From an uncultured Pelagibacteraceae bacterium (GTDB taxonomy: Bacteria > Pseudomonadota > Alphaproteobacteria > Pelagibacterales > Pelagibacteraceae), in assembly GCA_902520335.1 (NCBI GenBank), contig CABYNS010000001.1:95604-159603 (forward strand): DNA of 64,000 nucleotides, read 5' to 3'. Within the stretch, counting starts at the first letter, position 1; every line of letters begins with the position of its first letter. Below, one piece after another: positions 10,849 through 20,243 of this stretch. The position numbers and the translations under genes were made by a program. Below the pieces are notes generated by a model. That model saw only the letters and a program-made list of their open reading frames with translations, ran no database searches and was not told the origin of the DNA.

Positions 10849-11097
10849 ATGAATAAAAAAGCACAAGAATTAGTTATGCATGATAAAGATACCGGATCTT
10901 CAGAGATACAGATTGCTTTGCTAACAGAGAAAATTGAAACTCTCTCTAAACATATTAAGCAATTCAAAAAGGATAAACATTCATCTGTTGGATTGTTGAG
11001 AGCAGTAAATAGAAGAAAGAAATTGTTAGAATACTTAAAGAAAAATAAAATGGATTCTTACAAAAATGTACTGTCGAAATTGAATTTAAGAAAATAA
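10849..11097 (+). CDS. rpsO: 30S ribosomal protein S15
   Basis: DTGSSEIQIALLTEKI..L..H....KDKHS..GLL..V..RKKLL.YL. Confidence 0.95.
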   Translation: MNKKAQELVMHDKDTGSSEIQIALLTEKIETLSKHIKQFKKDKHSSVGLLRAVNRRKKLLEYLKKNKMDSYKNVLSKLNLRK

Positions 11098-11112
11098 AAG
11101 TCAAGATAGATA

Positions 11113-11157
11113 GAACGGAATGGAACGAAACGAACGAAACGAAATGGAAATGAAATG
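11113..11157 (+). repeat. purine-rich tandem repeat in the pnp 5' leader
   Basis: GAACGGAATG, GAACGAAAC x2 (perfect, 11123-11140), GAAATG x2, AAATG. The last ATG is the pnp start. Confidence 0.8.
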
Positions 11158-13227
11158 TTTAAAGTATACAAGAAGGAAATTGAAGTAGCAGGAAAGAAGA
11201 TAAGTTTAGAAACAGGTAAAGTAGCAAGACAGGCAGACGGTGCAATAATCGCAACATGTGGAGAGACAGTCGTACTAGCAACAGTAGTAGGAGCAAAAAA
11301 AGTAAATCCTGATATGGATTACTTTCCATTATCTGTAAATTACCAAGAAAAATACTATGCAGCTGGAAAAATTCCAGGTGGATATTTTAAAAGAGAAGCA
11401 AGACCAACTGAGAGTGAAACATTAATCTCTAGATTAATTGACAGACCAATCAGACCTTTGTTTCCAGATGAATTTAAAAATGAAGTACAGTTATTGCCAA
11501 CTGTCATTTCATATGACAAAGAAAACGAACCAGATATTTTATCAATCACTGCTTCATCAGCAGCACTAGCAATATCAGGCATGCCATTTATGGGTCCTGT
11601 AGGAGCTTCAAGAGTTGGTTTTATAGATGGAAAATATGTTTTAAACCCATCTAAAGTAGAATTAGAAAAATCAAAATTAGATTTAGTCGTAGCAGGCACA
11701 AAAGATGCTGTTTTAATGGTTGAGTCTGAAGCAAGTGGTTTAACTGAAGAAGAAATGTTAAATGCAGTTAAATTTGGCCATGAGGGATTTGTTCCAGTAA
11801 TTGAAATGATTGAGGAACTTGCAAAAGAATGTAGAAAACCTGAGTGGACTGTTGAAAAGAAAGATTTATCTGAAGTTAAGAAAAAACTTGAAGAAACTTT
11901 TACAGAAGATCTTAAAAAAGCTTTTGCTACAAGAGATAAACAAGATAGATCAAATCAAATATCCGAAATTACTGATAAAGCTAAAAAGCTTTATGAGGAA
12001 GATGAAAACTACACTGATCTTGATGTTAACAGTCAGTTAAAAAATCTAGAAAAATCAATTGTTAGAACAGACATTCTAAAAAATAAAAATAGAATTGATG
12101 GTCGAGGATTGTCAGATGTAAGACCTATTGAATGTGAAGTTGGTGTTTTACCAAGAGCACATGGATCTGCTTTATTTACTAGAGGAGAAACTCAGGCAAT
12201 TGTTGTAGCAACTTTAGGAACCTCTGATGACGAACAAAGAATTGAAAGTTTAGATGGATTAAAAAGAGAGCGATTTATGCTTCACTATAATTTTCCTCCT
12301 TTTTCAGTTGGGGAAACTGGAAGAATTGGAACAGGTAGAAGAGAAATTGGTCATGGTAAATTAGCATGGAGAGCAATTAACTCCTCATTACCTGCAAAAG
12401 AAGCATTTCCATACACTTATAGAGTAGTTTCAGAGATTACTGAGTCTAATGGTTCTTCTTCAATGGCTACTGTTTGTGGAACATCTTTAGCATTAATGGA
12501 TGCTGGAGTACCAATAAAAGAGCCAGTTGCGGGTATTGCAATGGGATTAATTAAAGAAGAGGATGATTTTAGTGTTCTATCAGATATTTTAGGTGATGAA
12601 GATCATCTTGGTGACATGGACTTCAAAGTTGCTGGAACTAAAGATGGAATTACTTCTCTTCAAATGGATATCAAAATTACAGGTATTACTTTTGAAATTA
12701 TGGAGCAGGCATTAAGCCAAGCTAAAGATGGAAGAGTTCATATCTTAGGTGAAATGAATAAAGCATTGTCGGCTTCAAGATCTGATGTTGGAAAACACAC
12801 CCCAAAAATGGAACAAGTTAATGTTGATAAAAAAGACATTGCTGCAGTAATTGGAAAAGGTGGTGCAACGATCAGAGAGATTGTTGAAAAATCAGGTGCA
12901 AAAGTAGATGTAAATGATGAAGGTGTGGTAACAGTTGCTGCTCCAGATGAAGAGTCAAGAAATATCGCAATGCAAATGATCAAAGACATAACTGCGAAAG
13001 CTGAATTAAATAAAATTTATTCAGGTAAAGTAATGAAGATTATGGAGTTTGGTGCGTTTGTTAATTTCTTAGGAAAACAAGATGGACTTGTTCATATTTC
13101 AGAACTAGCAGATAAGAGAGTCGCTAAAGTTACTGATGTTGTCAAAGAAGGCGACGAAGTAAAAGTTAAAGTGATTGGTTTCGATAGAGGTAAAGTTAAA
13201 CTTTCTATGAAACAAACTGCTGAATAA
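11155..13227 (+). CDS. pnp: polyribonucleotide nucleotidyltransferase (PNPase)
   Basis: [14 protein letters not shown]-terminus, two RNase PH domains, and KH ([10 protein letters not shown]) and S1 (GLVHISEL) domains. Confidence 0.97.
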   Translation: MFKVYKKEIEVAGKKISLETGKVARQADGAIIATCGETVVLATVVGAKKVNPDMDYFPLSVNYQEKYYAAGKIPGGYFKREARPTESETLISRLIDRPIRPLFPDEFKNEVQLLPTVISYDKENEPDILSITASSAALAISGMPFMGPVGASRVGFIDGKYVLNPSKVELEKSKLDLVVAGTKDAVLMVESEASGLTEEEMLNAVKFGHEGFVPVIEMIEELAKECRKPEWTVEKKDLSEVKKKLEETFTEDLKKAFATRDKQDRSNQISEITDKAKKLYEEDENYTDLDVNSQLKNLEKSIVRTDILKNKNRIDGRGLSDVRPIECEVGVLPRAHGSALFTRGETQAIVVATLGTSDDEQRIESLDGLKRERFMLHYNFPPFSVGETGRIGTGRREIGHGKLAWRAINSSLPAKEAFPYTYRVVSEITESNGSSSMATVCGTSLALMDAGVPIKEPVAGIAMGLIKEEDDFSVLSDILGDEDHLGDMDFKVAGTKDGITSLQMDIKITGITFEIMEQALSQAKDGRVHILGEMNKALSASRSDVGKHTPKMEQVNVDKKDIAAVIGKGGATIREIVEKSGAKVDVNDEGVVTVAAPDEESRNIAMQMIKDITAKAELNKIYSGKVMKIMEFGAFVNFLGKQDGLVHISELADKRVAKVTDVVKEGDEVKVKVIGFDRGKVKLSMKQTAE

Positions 13228-13234
13228 TAAACGC

Positions 13235-13687
13235 CTAAAACTTTATTTTAGCCAATTTATATCGAGCCATTGGATCCATATTATATTTTTTCTTCCAATC
13301 CTTTGGCATTGACGATCTTATTTTTAGTTTTTTATTATTAAGCTTCTTATGTTCATTTTTAGTCACCAATATAACTCTCCAATATTTTTTGAGTATTTTT
13401 TCAACATTATTAGTTTCAAATTTTTTTAAGCTCAATAGCATATCTACAATTACTTGAGCAGGAACAGCATGTTCAATCTCAGTATTTTCTATTTTAGTTT
13501 TAGACGCTGCTTTGGTTTTTTTTAATTTATGTTTTCTAAAAATATGAATACCCAATTCTTTTGCTTGCCAGTAATGATTTAAAGCTAGTTTTAAGTTTCT
13601 GTTAGCTTCATTTCTTGTAAAACCAAAATTTTCTGCAGCTTTGAGTTGTTTTAAAGCAAAAATTATAAAATCAATGTTCTTTTTCAC
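13235..13687 (-). CDS. hypothetical basic protein with a degenerate HNH/His-Me-finger-like signature
   Basis: 150-codon ORF with a GTG start, 30 nt downstream of the fabI stop on the same strand. No family recognised. EIEHAVPAQ and VILVTKNEHKKLNNK resemble D/E-H-x-x-P ... N-x-x-K of HNH nucleases. Confidence 0.55.
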   Translation of the reverse strand: MKKNIDFIIFALKQLKAAENFGFTRNEANRNLKLALNHYWQAKELGIHIFRKHKLKKTKAASKTKIENTEIEHAVPAQVIVDMLLSLKKFETNNVEKILKKYWRVILVTKNEHKKLNNKKLKIRSSMPKDWKKKYNMDPMARYKLAKIKF

Positions 13688-13717
13688 ATCGATAATTTAA
13701 CTAAATTTAACTAAATT

Positions 13718-14503
13718 TCAGGTAATATTTCTAGGATCTGGCATCCCAACCTTGTTATACCCAGCATCTACGTAGTGGATTTCACCAGTAACTCCGTTAG
13801 CAAGGTCACTTAATAGATATAATGCTGAATTTCCAACATCATGGATATCTACGTTTCTTTTAAGGAAAGAATGGTCTTCATTCCATTTATATAAGAATTT
13901 TGCGTCTCCAATTGCAGAGGCAGCCAATGTTTTGATAGGTCCAGCACTTATAGCATTTACTCTTATACCTTTGGTTCCTAAATCTCTTGCTAAATACTTA
14001 ACACTTGCTTCAAGAGCTGATTTACAAACACCCATTACGTTATAATTTGGAATTGCTTTGGTAGACTCGTAAGTTAAAGTTAATAAACTTCCACCTTGTT
14101 TCATTACTTTTGAGGCTTCTTTTGCTACTTCAGTAAATGAAAAACAAGAAATTAACATACTTCTTAAAAAATTTTCTCTTGTCGTATTTAGATACTCACC
14201 TGACAACTCTGATTTATCAGAAAAAGCAACTGCATGAACTACAAAATCGATTTCATCCCATTGGGATTTGATATCATCAAATAATTTAACTACTTCTTCT
14301 TTTTTTTCAACATCACAACTAAATGTAACATTTGAATTTAATTTTTCTGCTAAAGGAATAACTCTTTTTTTTAGAGCATCACCTAAATAAGTAAATGCTA
14401 ACTCCGCTCCAGCCTCTGCAAGTTTTTGAGATATACCCCAGGCAATAGATCTCTCATTAGCAACACCCATGATCAATCCTTTTTTACCTTTCATCAAACT
14501 CAC
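13718..14503 (-). CDS. fabI: enoyl-ACP reductase (NADH)
   Basis: GKKGLIMGVANERSIAWGI N-terminus, SDR fold, Y..K catalytic region. Confidence 0.95.
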   Translation of the reverse strand: MSLMKGKKGLIMGVANERSIAWGISQKLAEAGAELAFTYLGDALKKRVIPLAEKLNSNVTFSCDVEKKEEVVKLFDDIKSQWDEIDFVVHAVAFSDKSELSGEYLNTTRENFLRSMLISCFSFTEVAKEASKVMKQGGSLLTLTYESTKAIPNYNVMGVCKSALEASVKYLARDLGTKGIRVNAISAGPIKTLAASAIGDAKFLYKWNEDHSFLKRNVDIHDVGNSALYLLSDLANGVTGEIHYVDAGYNKVGMPDPRNIT

Positions 14504-14506
14504 AAA

Positions 14507-15718
14507 CTAAACCTTTTCAAAAATTAAAGCTGCATTAGTTCCACCAAACCCAAAACTATTTGACATTACTGTATTTAAGGTTGCTCCTGTTTCAGTTTTT
14601 GCAACAATTGGAAATTTTTTAGCATCCTCATCCATTTCGTTAATGTTTGCTGATCCTGCAATGAAATTATTTTTCATCATAATTAAACAATAAATTGCTT
14701 CATGAACAGAAGCAGCACCCAACGGATGTCCCGATAAAGATTTTGTGGAACTTATTTTTGGAATATTCTCTCCAAAAGTATTTTTAACTGCATTTAATTC
14801 TGTAATATCTCCAACCGGAGTTGATGTTCCATGAGTATTGATATAATCAATTTTATTTTTAGCTGTAGACATTGCCATTTGCATACATCTTACGGCTCCC
14901 TCGCCTGATGGTGCTACCATATCATATCCATCAGAGGTAGCTCCATAACCAGTTAATTCTGCATAAATTTTAGCTCCTCTAGCCTTTGCGTGTTCATATT
15001 CCTCAAGCACCAAAACTCCACCACCACCAGCTATTACAAATCCATCTCTAGTTTTATCATAGGCTCTCGATGCTGTTTCTGGTGTATCATTATATTTTGA
15101 TGATAAAGCAGTCATTGCATCAAACATAGCAGTCATAGCCCAGTGAATTTCCTCACTACCTCCAGCGAATACAATATCCTGTTTGCCCATTTGTATTAGT
15201 TCCATAGAATTTCCAATGCAGTGGCCACTAGTTGCACAAGCAGAACTCATTGTATAGTTTGTTCCTTTAATTTTGAATGGAACTGCAAGTGTAGCAGAGG
15301 CAGTGCTTGCCATTGTTCTTGGAACAATAAATGGGCCCATTAATTTTGGAGTTTTCGCTCTTGTTTTATCCGCGGCTAAAATTACATTTTCGATAGATGG
15401 ACCTCCAGAGCCCATTACAATTCCAGTTTTAAAATTACTAACCTCATTTTCCTCTAAGCCCGAGTCTTTAATCGCCTCTTTCATTGCAATATAATTATAA
15501 GCTGAGCCAGAACCCATAAATCTTATAGTTTTTCTATCTACATGATCTTCAAGTTTAATATTAGGTTTTCCATGAACATGGCTTTTAAGGTTATGTTCTT
15601 TATATTCCTCAGAGAAAGAGATTCCTGATTTTGAATTTAAAAGTGATTCATGTACTTCATCTTGGTTATTACCTAAACAAGAAACAATACCCATCCCTGT
15701 AATTACTACTCTTCTCAT
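14507..15718 (-). CDS. fabB: 3-oxoacyl-ACP synthase I
   Basis: [13 protein letters not shown], active-site [19 protein letters not shown]. Immediately downstream of fabA. Confidence 0.9.
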   Translation of the reverse strand: MRRVVITGMGIVSCLGNNQDEVHESLLNSKSGISFSEEYKEHNLKSHVHGKPNIKLEDHVDRKTIRFMGSGSAYNYIAMKEAIKDSGLEENEVSNFKTGIVMGSGGPSIENVILAADKTRAKTPKLMGPFIVPRTMASTASATLAVPFKIKGTNYTMSSACATSGHCIGNSMELIQMGKQDIVFAGGSEEIHWAMTAMFDAMTALSSKYNDTPETASRAYDKTRDGFVIAGGGGVLVLEEYEHAKARGAKIYAELTGYGATSDGYDMVAPSGEGAVRCMQMAMSTAKNKIDYINTHGTSTPVGDITELNAVKNTFGENIPKISSTKSLSGHPLGAASVHEAIYCLIMMKNNFIAGSANINEMDEDAKKFPIVAKTETGATLNTVMSNSFGFGGTNAALIFEKV

Positions 15719-16218
15719 TACTTAAATAATCCTACTTTCAAACTATCTGCTGAGTAAATTTTTTTTCCATCAGCTAAAACAATACCATTGGCTAGGCCAA
15801 CAGTAGTTCCACCTGGAGACATAATTTTTTTCATTTCAATTTCATATGCTACTAATTTAACATTTTGTAATACTTCACCTGTGAACTTTACTGTTCCAAC
15901 TCCCAACGCTCTTCCTTTTCCAGGGTTTCCTATCCAGCCCAAATAAAACCCGACCAGTTGCCACATAGCATCAAGCCCAAGACAACCTGGCATCACAGGG
16001 TCTTCTTTAAAGTGACAATCAAAAAACCAAAGATCATTTTTAATATCTAACTCAGCTTTTAATAAACCTTTTTTAAAAGTTCCTTTGTTGTCATTAATTT
16101 CTGTAATTCTATCAAACATAAGCATTGGTGGAAGAGGTAATTTTGCATTACCAGGACCAAATAATTTGCCCTCACCACAATTTATAAGCTCATCATATGA
16201 GTAAGAGTTTTTTTTCAT
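15718..16218 (-). CDS. fabA: 3-hydroxydecanoyl-ACP dehydratase/isomerase
   Basis: [24 protein letters not shown] hotdog active-site region. Confidence 0.95.
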   Translation of the reverse strand: MKKNSYSYDELINCGEGKLFGPGNAKLPLPPMLMFDRITEINDNKGTFKKGLLKAELDIKNDLWFFDCHFKEDPVMPGCLGLDAMWQLVGFYLGWIGNPGKGRALGVGTVKFTGEVLQNVKLVAYEIEMKKIMSPGGTTVGLANGIVLADGKKIYSADSLKVGLFK

Positions 16219-16312
16219 AAATTTGAGTACTCTTATTTACTTGATTTTAACAATATATAATATAATTATAACACTTGTTTAGAATAATAATAACTAACAA
16301 CACGCGTAAATT

Positions 16313-16711
16313 GTGAAATATTTAGATAAATTAAGAAATTCCGGACTAAGACCTACTAAACAGAGACTTCAAATTTGTGAGATATTGTTCGACACTGAAA
16401 AGACATTTCATTTTACAATAAATGAGTTGGACAAAAAAATTAAAGATAAGATAGATGATAAGATATCTTTAGCTACTATTTATAACACTGTGCATGCTTT
16501 TGAAAAAAAGGGATATTTAAAACAGATCCCTATAAATTCAAACCAGATTTATTTTGATACCAACGTCACAGGTCATCATCATTTTTATGATTTGAAAGAC
16601 GGGAAATTAATTGATTTAGAAAATTCTGACGTAGGACCTATAAACATTAAAAGAAAAATTAATGGAAAGAAAATTAAGTCTATAGAGGTCCTGGTTAAGC
16701 TAGAAGAATAA
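16313..16711 (+). CDS. irr: Fur-family regulator, Irr-like (iron response regulator)
   Basis: PTKQRLQICEIL, SLATIYNTVHAFEKKGYL, an HHH motif (TGHHHFYD) and no CxxC pairs. It is divergent from fabA, as irr is in Rhizobiales. GTG start. A PerR-like role cannot be excluded, given katG downstream. Confidence 0.65.
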   Translation: MKYLDKLRNSGLRPTKQRLQICEILFDTEKTFHFTINELDKKIKDKIDDKISLATIYNTVHAFEKKGYLKQIPINSNQIYFDTNVTGHHHFYDLKDGKLIDLENSDVGPINIKRKINGKKIKSIEVLVKLEE

Positions 16712-16763
16712 GTTACAAATTTATTAAGTTTATTAAGCGTCATTATTAACCAATTGACAGCTA

Positions 16764-16780
16764 TTTAGAACCATTATAAA
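16764..16780 (+). promoter_or_regulatory. ICE-like (Irr-box-like) inverted repeat upstream of katG
   Basis: TTTAGAACCATTATAAA versus ICE consensus TTTAGAA-N3-TTCTAAA (13/14). It ends 36 nt before the katG ATG. The AT-rich background makes chance matches plausible. Confidence 0.35.
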
Positions 16781-16816
16781 GTAGAGGGAATTTAAATTTT
16801 AACTATAGGAAAATAA

Positions 16817-19054
16817 ATGAGTACTGAAAATTTTAAAAATAAATCTTTTAAAGCTAATGAATTGAGCAAATGTCCTTTTACAGGAGCAGGCACACCTGCA
16901 AAGTTTTCTGCAGGAAGAGGTCAAACAGTAAGAGATTTCTGGCCAAATAGTTTAAATTTAAAAATTCTTAGTCAGCATTCAAATTTATCCAATCCTATGG
17001 ATAAAAAATTTAATTATGCAAAAGAATTTAAAAAACTTAATTACAAAGCGCTAAAAAAAGATTTAAAAAAATTAATGACAGACTCACAAGAATGGTGGCC
17101 CGCAGATTATGGTCATTATGGCCCATTATTTATCAGATTAGCTTGGCATGCTGCAGGAACATATAGAACTGGCGACGGAAGAGGTGGTGCCGGTACAGGT
17201 AATCAAAGGTTTGCTCCACTAAACTCTTGGCCAGATAACGTGAATTTGGATAAAGCAAGGTTACTTTTATGGCCAATCAAAAAAAAATACGGAAGAAAAA
17301 TTTCATGGGCAGATCTATTTATATTAGTTGGAAATATTGCATTAGACTCCATGGGTTTTAAAACTTTTGGTTTTGGTGCAGGTAGAACAGATATCTGGGA
17401 ACCTGAAGATGATATTTATTGGGGTTCAGAAAAAGAAATGCTAGGTGTTGAGAGATACAGTGGAAAAAGAGATTTAGAGCAGCCGTTAGGTGCTTCACAC
17501 ATGGGATTGATATATGTGAATCCACAAGGTCCAGATGCAAATCCAGACCCATTGTTAGCAGCACACGATATTAGAGAGACATTTGGAAGAATGGCTATGA
17601 ACGATTATGAGACAGCAGCTTTAGTTGCAGGAGGACATACATTTGGAAAATCTCACGGAGCTGCATCAGAGTCTTTCAAAGGTCCAGATCCAGAAGCATC
17701 AAAACTTCAAGACCAATCTACTGGATGGAATAGTGGATATAAATCTGGAAAAGGCGTTGATACAATAAGCAGTGGTATTGAAGGTGCTTGGACTCAAAAT
17801 CCTACTAAGTGGGATATGGGTTATTTAGATTGTTTATATGGTCATGATTGGGAGCTAACAAAAAGCCCAGCCGGAGCTCATCAATGGACACCAAAGAAAA
17901 ATGGTCAAAAAATTAAAATGGTTCCTGATGCGCACCAAAAAGGTGTGCTTCATCCACCAATGATGCAAACAACAGATATATCTATGAAAGTTGACCCAAG
18001 TTATGGACCAATTACAAAGCATTTTCATCAAAACCCCAAAGAGTTTCATGATGCATTTGCTCGAGCATGGTTTAAATTAACTCATAGAGACATGGGTCCA
18101 AGAGTTTGCTACCTGGGTAGTGAAGTTCCAAAAGAGCAATTAATTTGGCAAGATCCAATTGATAAACCAAAATACAAACTTAAATCAAAAGATATAAAAG
18201 ATTTAAAAAACAAAATCTCTAAATCAAAAATATCAGTATCAGATTTAGTTTCTACTGCGTGGGCATCAGCGTCAACTTTTAGAGGATCAGATAAAAGAGG
18301 TGGTGCTAATGGTGCGAGAATAATGCTAGAACCACAAAAAAGTTGGGCTGTTAATAATCCTTCGAAATTATCAATTGTAATAAAAGCTTTAAATAAAATT
18401 AAAGATCAATTTGATAATAAAAAGAAAAGCGTATCAATGGCAGACTTGATTGTCTTAGCAGGCGGTGTTGGTATTGAGATGGCTGCTAAAAAGGCAGGGC
18501 ATAAAGTTAATGTTCCATTTTCAGCAGGCAGAGGAGATGCTAGACAAGATCAGACTGATATTCATTCTTTTGGTCTTCTTGAGCCCCAGGCAGATGGTTT
18601 TAGAAACTATTTGAATGGAGGAGCTTCAATTGTCTCAGCAGAGGAAAAATTAGTTGATAAAGCACAATTAATGGGTCTCACTGCACCAGAAATGACAGCA
18701 CTTATAGGTGGTATGAGAGTTTTAAATACTAACTATGATGATTCAAATTATGGTATATTTACAAATAAACCTGGTTCTCTTACTAACGATTATTTCGTAA
18801 ATCTATTAGACATGAACACTACATGGAAAGAGGAAGATAAATCAGAACAAACATTTGTAGGAAGAGATAGAAAAACTCAAAAACCTAAATGGAGAGCAAC
18901 AAGAGTTGATTTAATTTTTGGCTCAAATTCTCAACTAAGAGCTCTTGCAGAGGTCTATGCTTGTGAAGACTCGAGTGAAAAATTTGTTAAGGATTTTATA
19001 GCTGCATGGGCAAAAGTTATGAATTCTGATCGATTTGATTTGAAATTAAATTAA
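16817..19054 (+). CDS. katG: catalase-peroxidase
   Basis: [17 protein letters not shown], duplicated peroxidase domains, 745 aa. Confidence 0.97.
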   Translation: MSTENFKNKSFKANELSKCPFTGAGTPAKFSAGRGQTVRDFWPNSLNLKILSQHSNLSNPMDKKFNYAKEFKKLNYKALKKDLKKLMTDSQEWWPADYGHYGPLFIRLAWHAAGTYRTGDGRGGAGTGNQRFAPLNSWPDNVNLDKARLLLWPIKKKYGRKISWADLFILVGNIALDSMGFKTFGFGAGRTDIWEPEDDIYWGSEKEMLGVERYSGKRDLEQPLGASHMGLIYVNPQGPDANPDPLLAAHDIRETFGRMAMNDYETAALVAGGHTFGKSHGAASESFKGPDPEASKLQDQSTGWNSGYKSGKGVDTISSGIEGAWTQNPTKWDMGYLDCLYGHDWELTKSPAGAHQWTPKKNGQKIKMVPDAHQKGVLHPPMMQTTDISMKVDPSYGPITKHFHQNPKEFHDAFARAWFKLTHRDMGPRVCYLGSEVPKEQLIWQDPIDKPKYKLKSKDIKDLKNKISKSKISVSDLVSTAWASASTFRGSDKRGGANGARIMLEPQKSWAVNNPSKLSIVIKALNKIKDQFDNKKKSVSMADLIVLAGGVGIEMAAKKAGHKVNVPFSAGRGDARQDQTDIHSFGLLEPQADGFRNYLNGGASIVSAEEKLVDKAQLMGLTAPEMTALIGGMRVLNTNYDDSNYGIFTNKPGSLTNDYFVNLLDMNTTWKEEDKSEQTFVGRDRKTQKPKWRATRVDLIFGSNSQLRALAEVYACEDSSEKFVKDFIAAWAKVMNSDRFDLKLN

Positions 19055-19076
19055 ATTGAAGAAAAGATAAAGTTAT

Positions 19077-19673
19077 ATGGCAACAGCAAATTTTGAGGAT
19101 TTTTACGAAGTTCCAAATTTAAATTTTGACATTTCAAAGTTAAAAGATGACTTAGACAAAATTTTGAAATTAAAAAAATTTAATACACCAGGTGTTACAC
19201 ATTTTGGTGCAATTCCATTAAACCAAATTCCAAATGATAAGAGCTCGATTGAAGGGAGTAATATTAGAGGAAAATATTGGACAATTGCAGATGAAACTGG
19301 AAAAGAGGTTTCAAGAGATGTTGATATTGATGAGTCTAAATATACACAATTAATTCCTGAATTTGAAAATACATACTTTGCAGAAGTTTACAAAGTTCTA
19401 AGCAAGAGATTTAAATTGGGAAGAGTTAGACTTTTATTGAAGGAACCTAGATCTACTTTGAGTTGGCACAAAGATCCAGAATGTAGGCTTCATGTGCCTA
19501 TAATCACAAATAAAGGGTGTTCAATGGTTATAGAGAATGTCGCTAAACATTTACCCGCAGATGGAAAAGTTTGGATTACAAATAACACTAAATATCATAA
19601 TTTTTTTAATGGAGGTGAACAGGCTAGAATACACCTTGTAGCTTGTGTTCTTGAGAGCCCTTTTAAAAACTGA
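19077..19673 (+). CDS. aspartyl/asparaginyl beta-hydroxylase-family (cupin/2OG-Fe(II) oxygenase-like) protein
   Basis: SWHKDPECRLHVPIITN ... GKVWITNNTKYHNFFNGGEQARIHLV matches the H.D ... RLH.P ... H..N ... R.HL pattern of the Asp/Arg hydroxylase family. Lies 22 nt after katG. Confidence 0.7.
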   Translation: MATANFEDFYEVPNLNFDISKLKDDLDKILKLKKFNTPGVTHFGAIPLNQIPNDKSSIEGSNIRGKYWTIADETGKEVSRDVDIDESKYTQLIPEFENTYFAEVYKVLSKRFKLGRVRLLLKEPRSTLSWHKDPECRLHVPIITNKGCSMVIENVAKHLPADGKVWITNNTKYHNFFNGGEQARIHLVACVLESPFKN

Positions 19674-19912
19674 TGGAAATTACTAAAGGCATATATCAAG
19701 CATCTCAAAATATTTATCAAAATAATAAAGGTTCATTACTTAGAACAGTAATTTATACAATCGGACATTTTGCAATTGCGATTACTGTTTTAATGTTAGT
19801 TGCGGATGTATCTTTTAAAGTTGCTCTAACTGACGCCATTGTTGAACCAATTGCAAATTCGATTTGGTATTTTATTTTAGATAAATGGTGGACAAGCAAA
19901 TCAAAAAAATAA
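19673..19912 (+). CDS. small 2-TM membrane protein, DUF2061-like
   Basis: SLLRTVIYTIGHFAIAITV ... AIVEPIANSIWYFILDKWW pattern. TGATG overlap with the upstream oxygenase gene. Confidence 0.55.
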   Translation: MEITKGIYQASQNIYQNNKGSLLRTVIYTIGHFAIAITVLMLVADVSFKVALTDAIVEPIANSIWYFILDKWWTSKSKK

Positions 19913-19946
19913 CTAGTTCATAATATTACCTAAAAAAAGCAATTAG

Positions 19947-19989
19947 TAATCATTCGCAAAAAAATTTACGATAATAATAATCATTCGCA
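19947..19989 (+). promoter_or_regulatory. two direct copies of TAATCATTCGCA; the second lies within a Fur-box-like 19-mer
   Basis: Copies at 19947-19958 and 19978-19989. GATAATAATAATCATTCGC (19970-19988) matches GATAATGATAATCATTATC at 16/19 positions. Confidence 0.45.
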
Positions 19990-20033
19990 TGGATAATTAT
20001 TGAAATAATTTTATTTATGATTAATTTTTAATA

Positions 20034-20213
20034 ATGCAAATAGAAAATTATAATTGTAAAAAATGTGGACTGACAATTTCTTCAACTTGTTCTAAGTGTG
20101 ATAAAATTGTTGATGTTGAAGTCCTTGATGATGGTTGTATTGTCCAGAAAACAAAATGTTTAGATTGTGCAAATGCTCCAGTAATCAAGGATGTTTGTGA
20201 GCAACAAAAATAG
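20034..20213 (+). CDS. unannotated 59-aa Cys-rich small protein (three CxxC pairs)
   Basis: Hand translation: MQIENYNCKKCGLTISSTCSKCDKIVDVEVLDDGCIVQKTKCLDCANAPVIKDVCEQQK. Absent from the supplied ORF track. It occupies an otherwise empty spacer downstream of the Fur-box-like sites. No obvious SD. Confidence 0.45.
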   Translation: MQIENYNCKKCGLTISSTCSKCDKIVDVEVLDDGCIVQKTKCLDCANAPVIKDVCEQQK

Positions 20214-20243
20214 TCTACATCAAATTAAATAGGTTGTTGAAGA

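Noticed and set aside
16283-16299. TTTAGAATAATAATAAC upstream of the irr-like gene, considered as an autoregulatory ICE.
   Set aside because: Only the left half-site matches. The right half matches at 4/7 positions, which is indistinguishable from AT-rich background.
16817-19054. katG looked more GC-rich than its surroundings, suggesting recent horizontal transfer.
   Set aside because: By eye, other highly conserved enzymes in the window (gltB, aceE, metK) show similar local GC elevation in conserved motifs. Without computed GC3, codon statistics or a phylogeny, the claim is unsupported. The locus is kept only as a synteny-based question in the findings.
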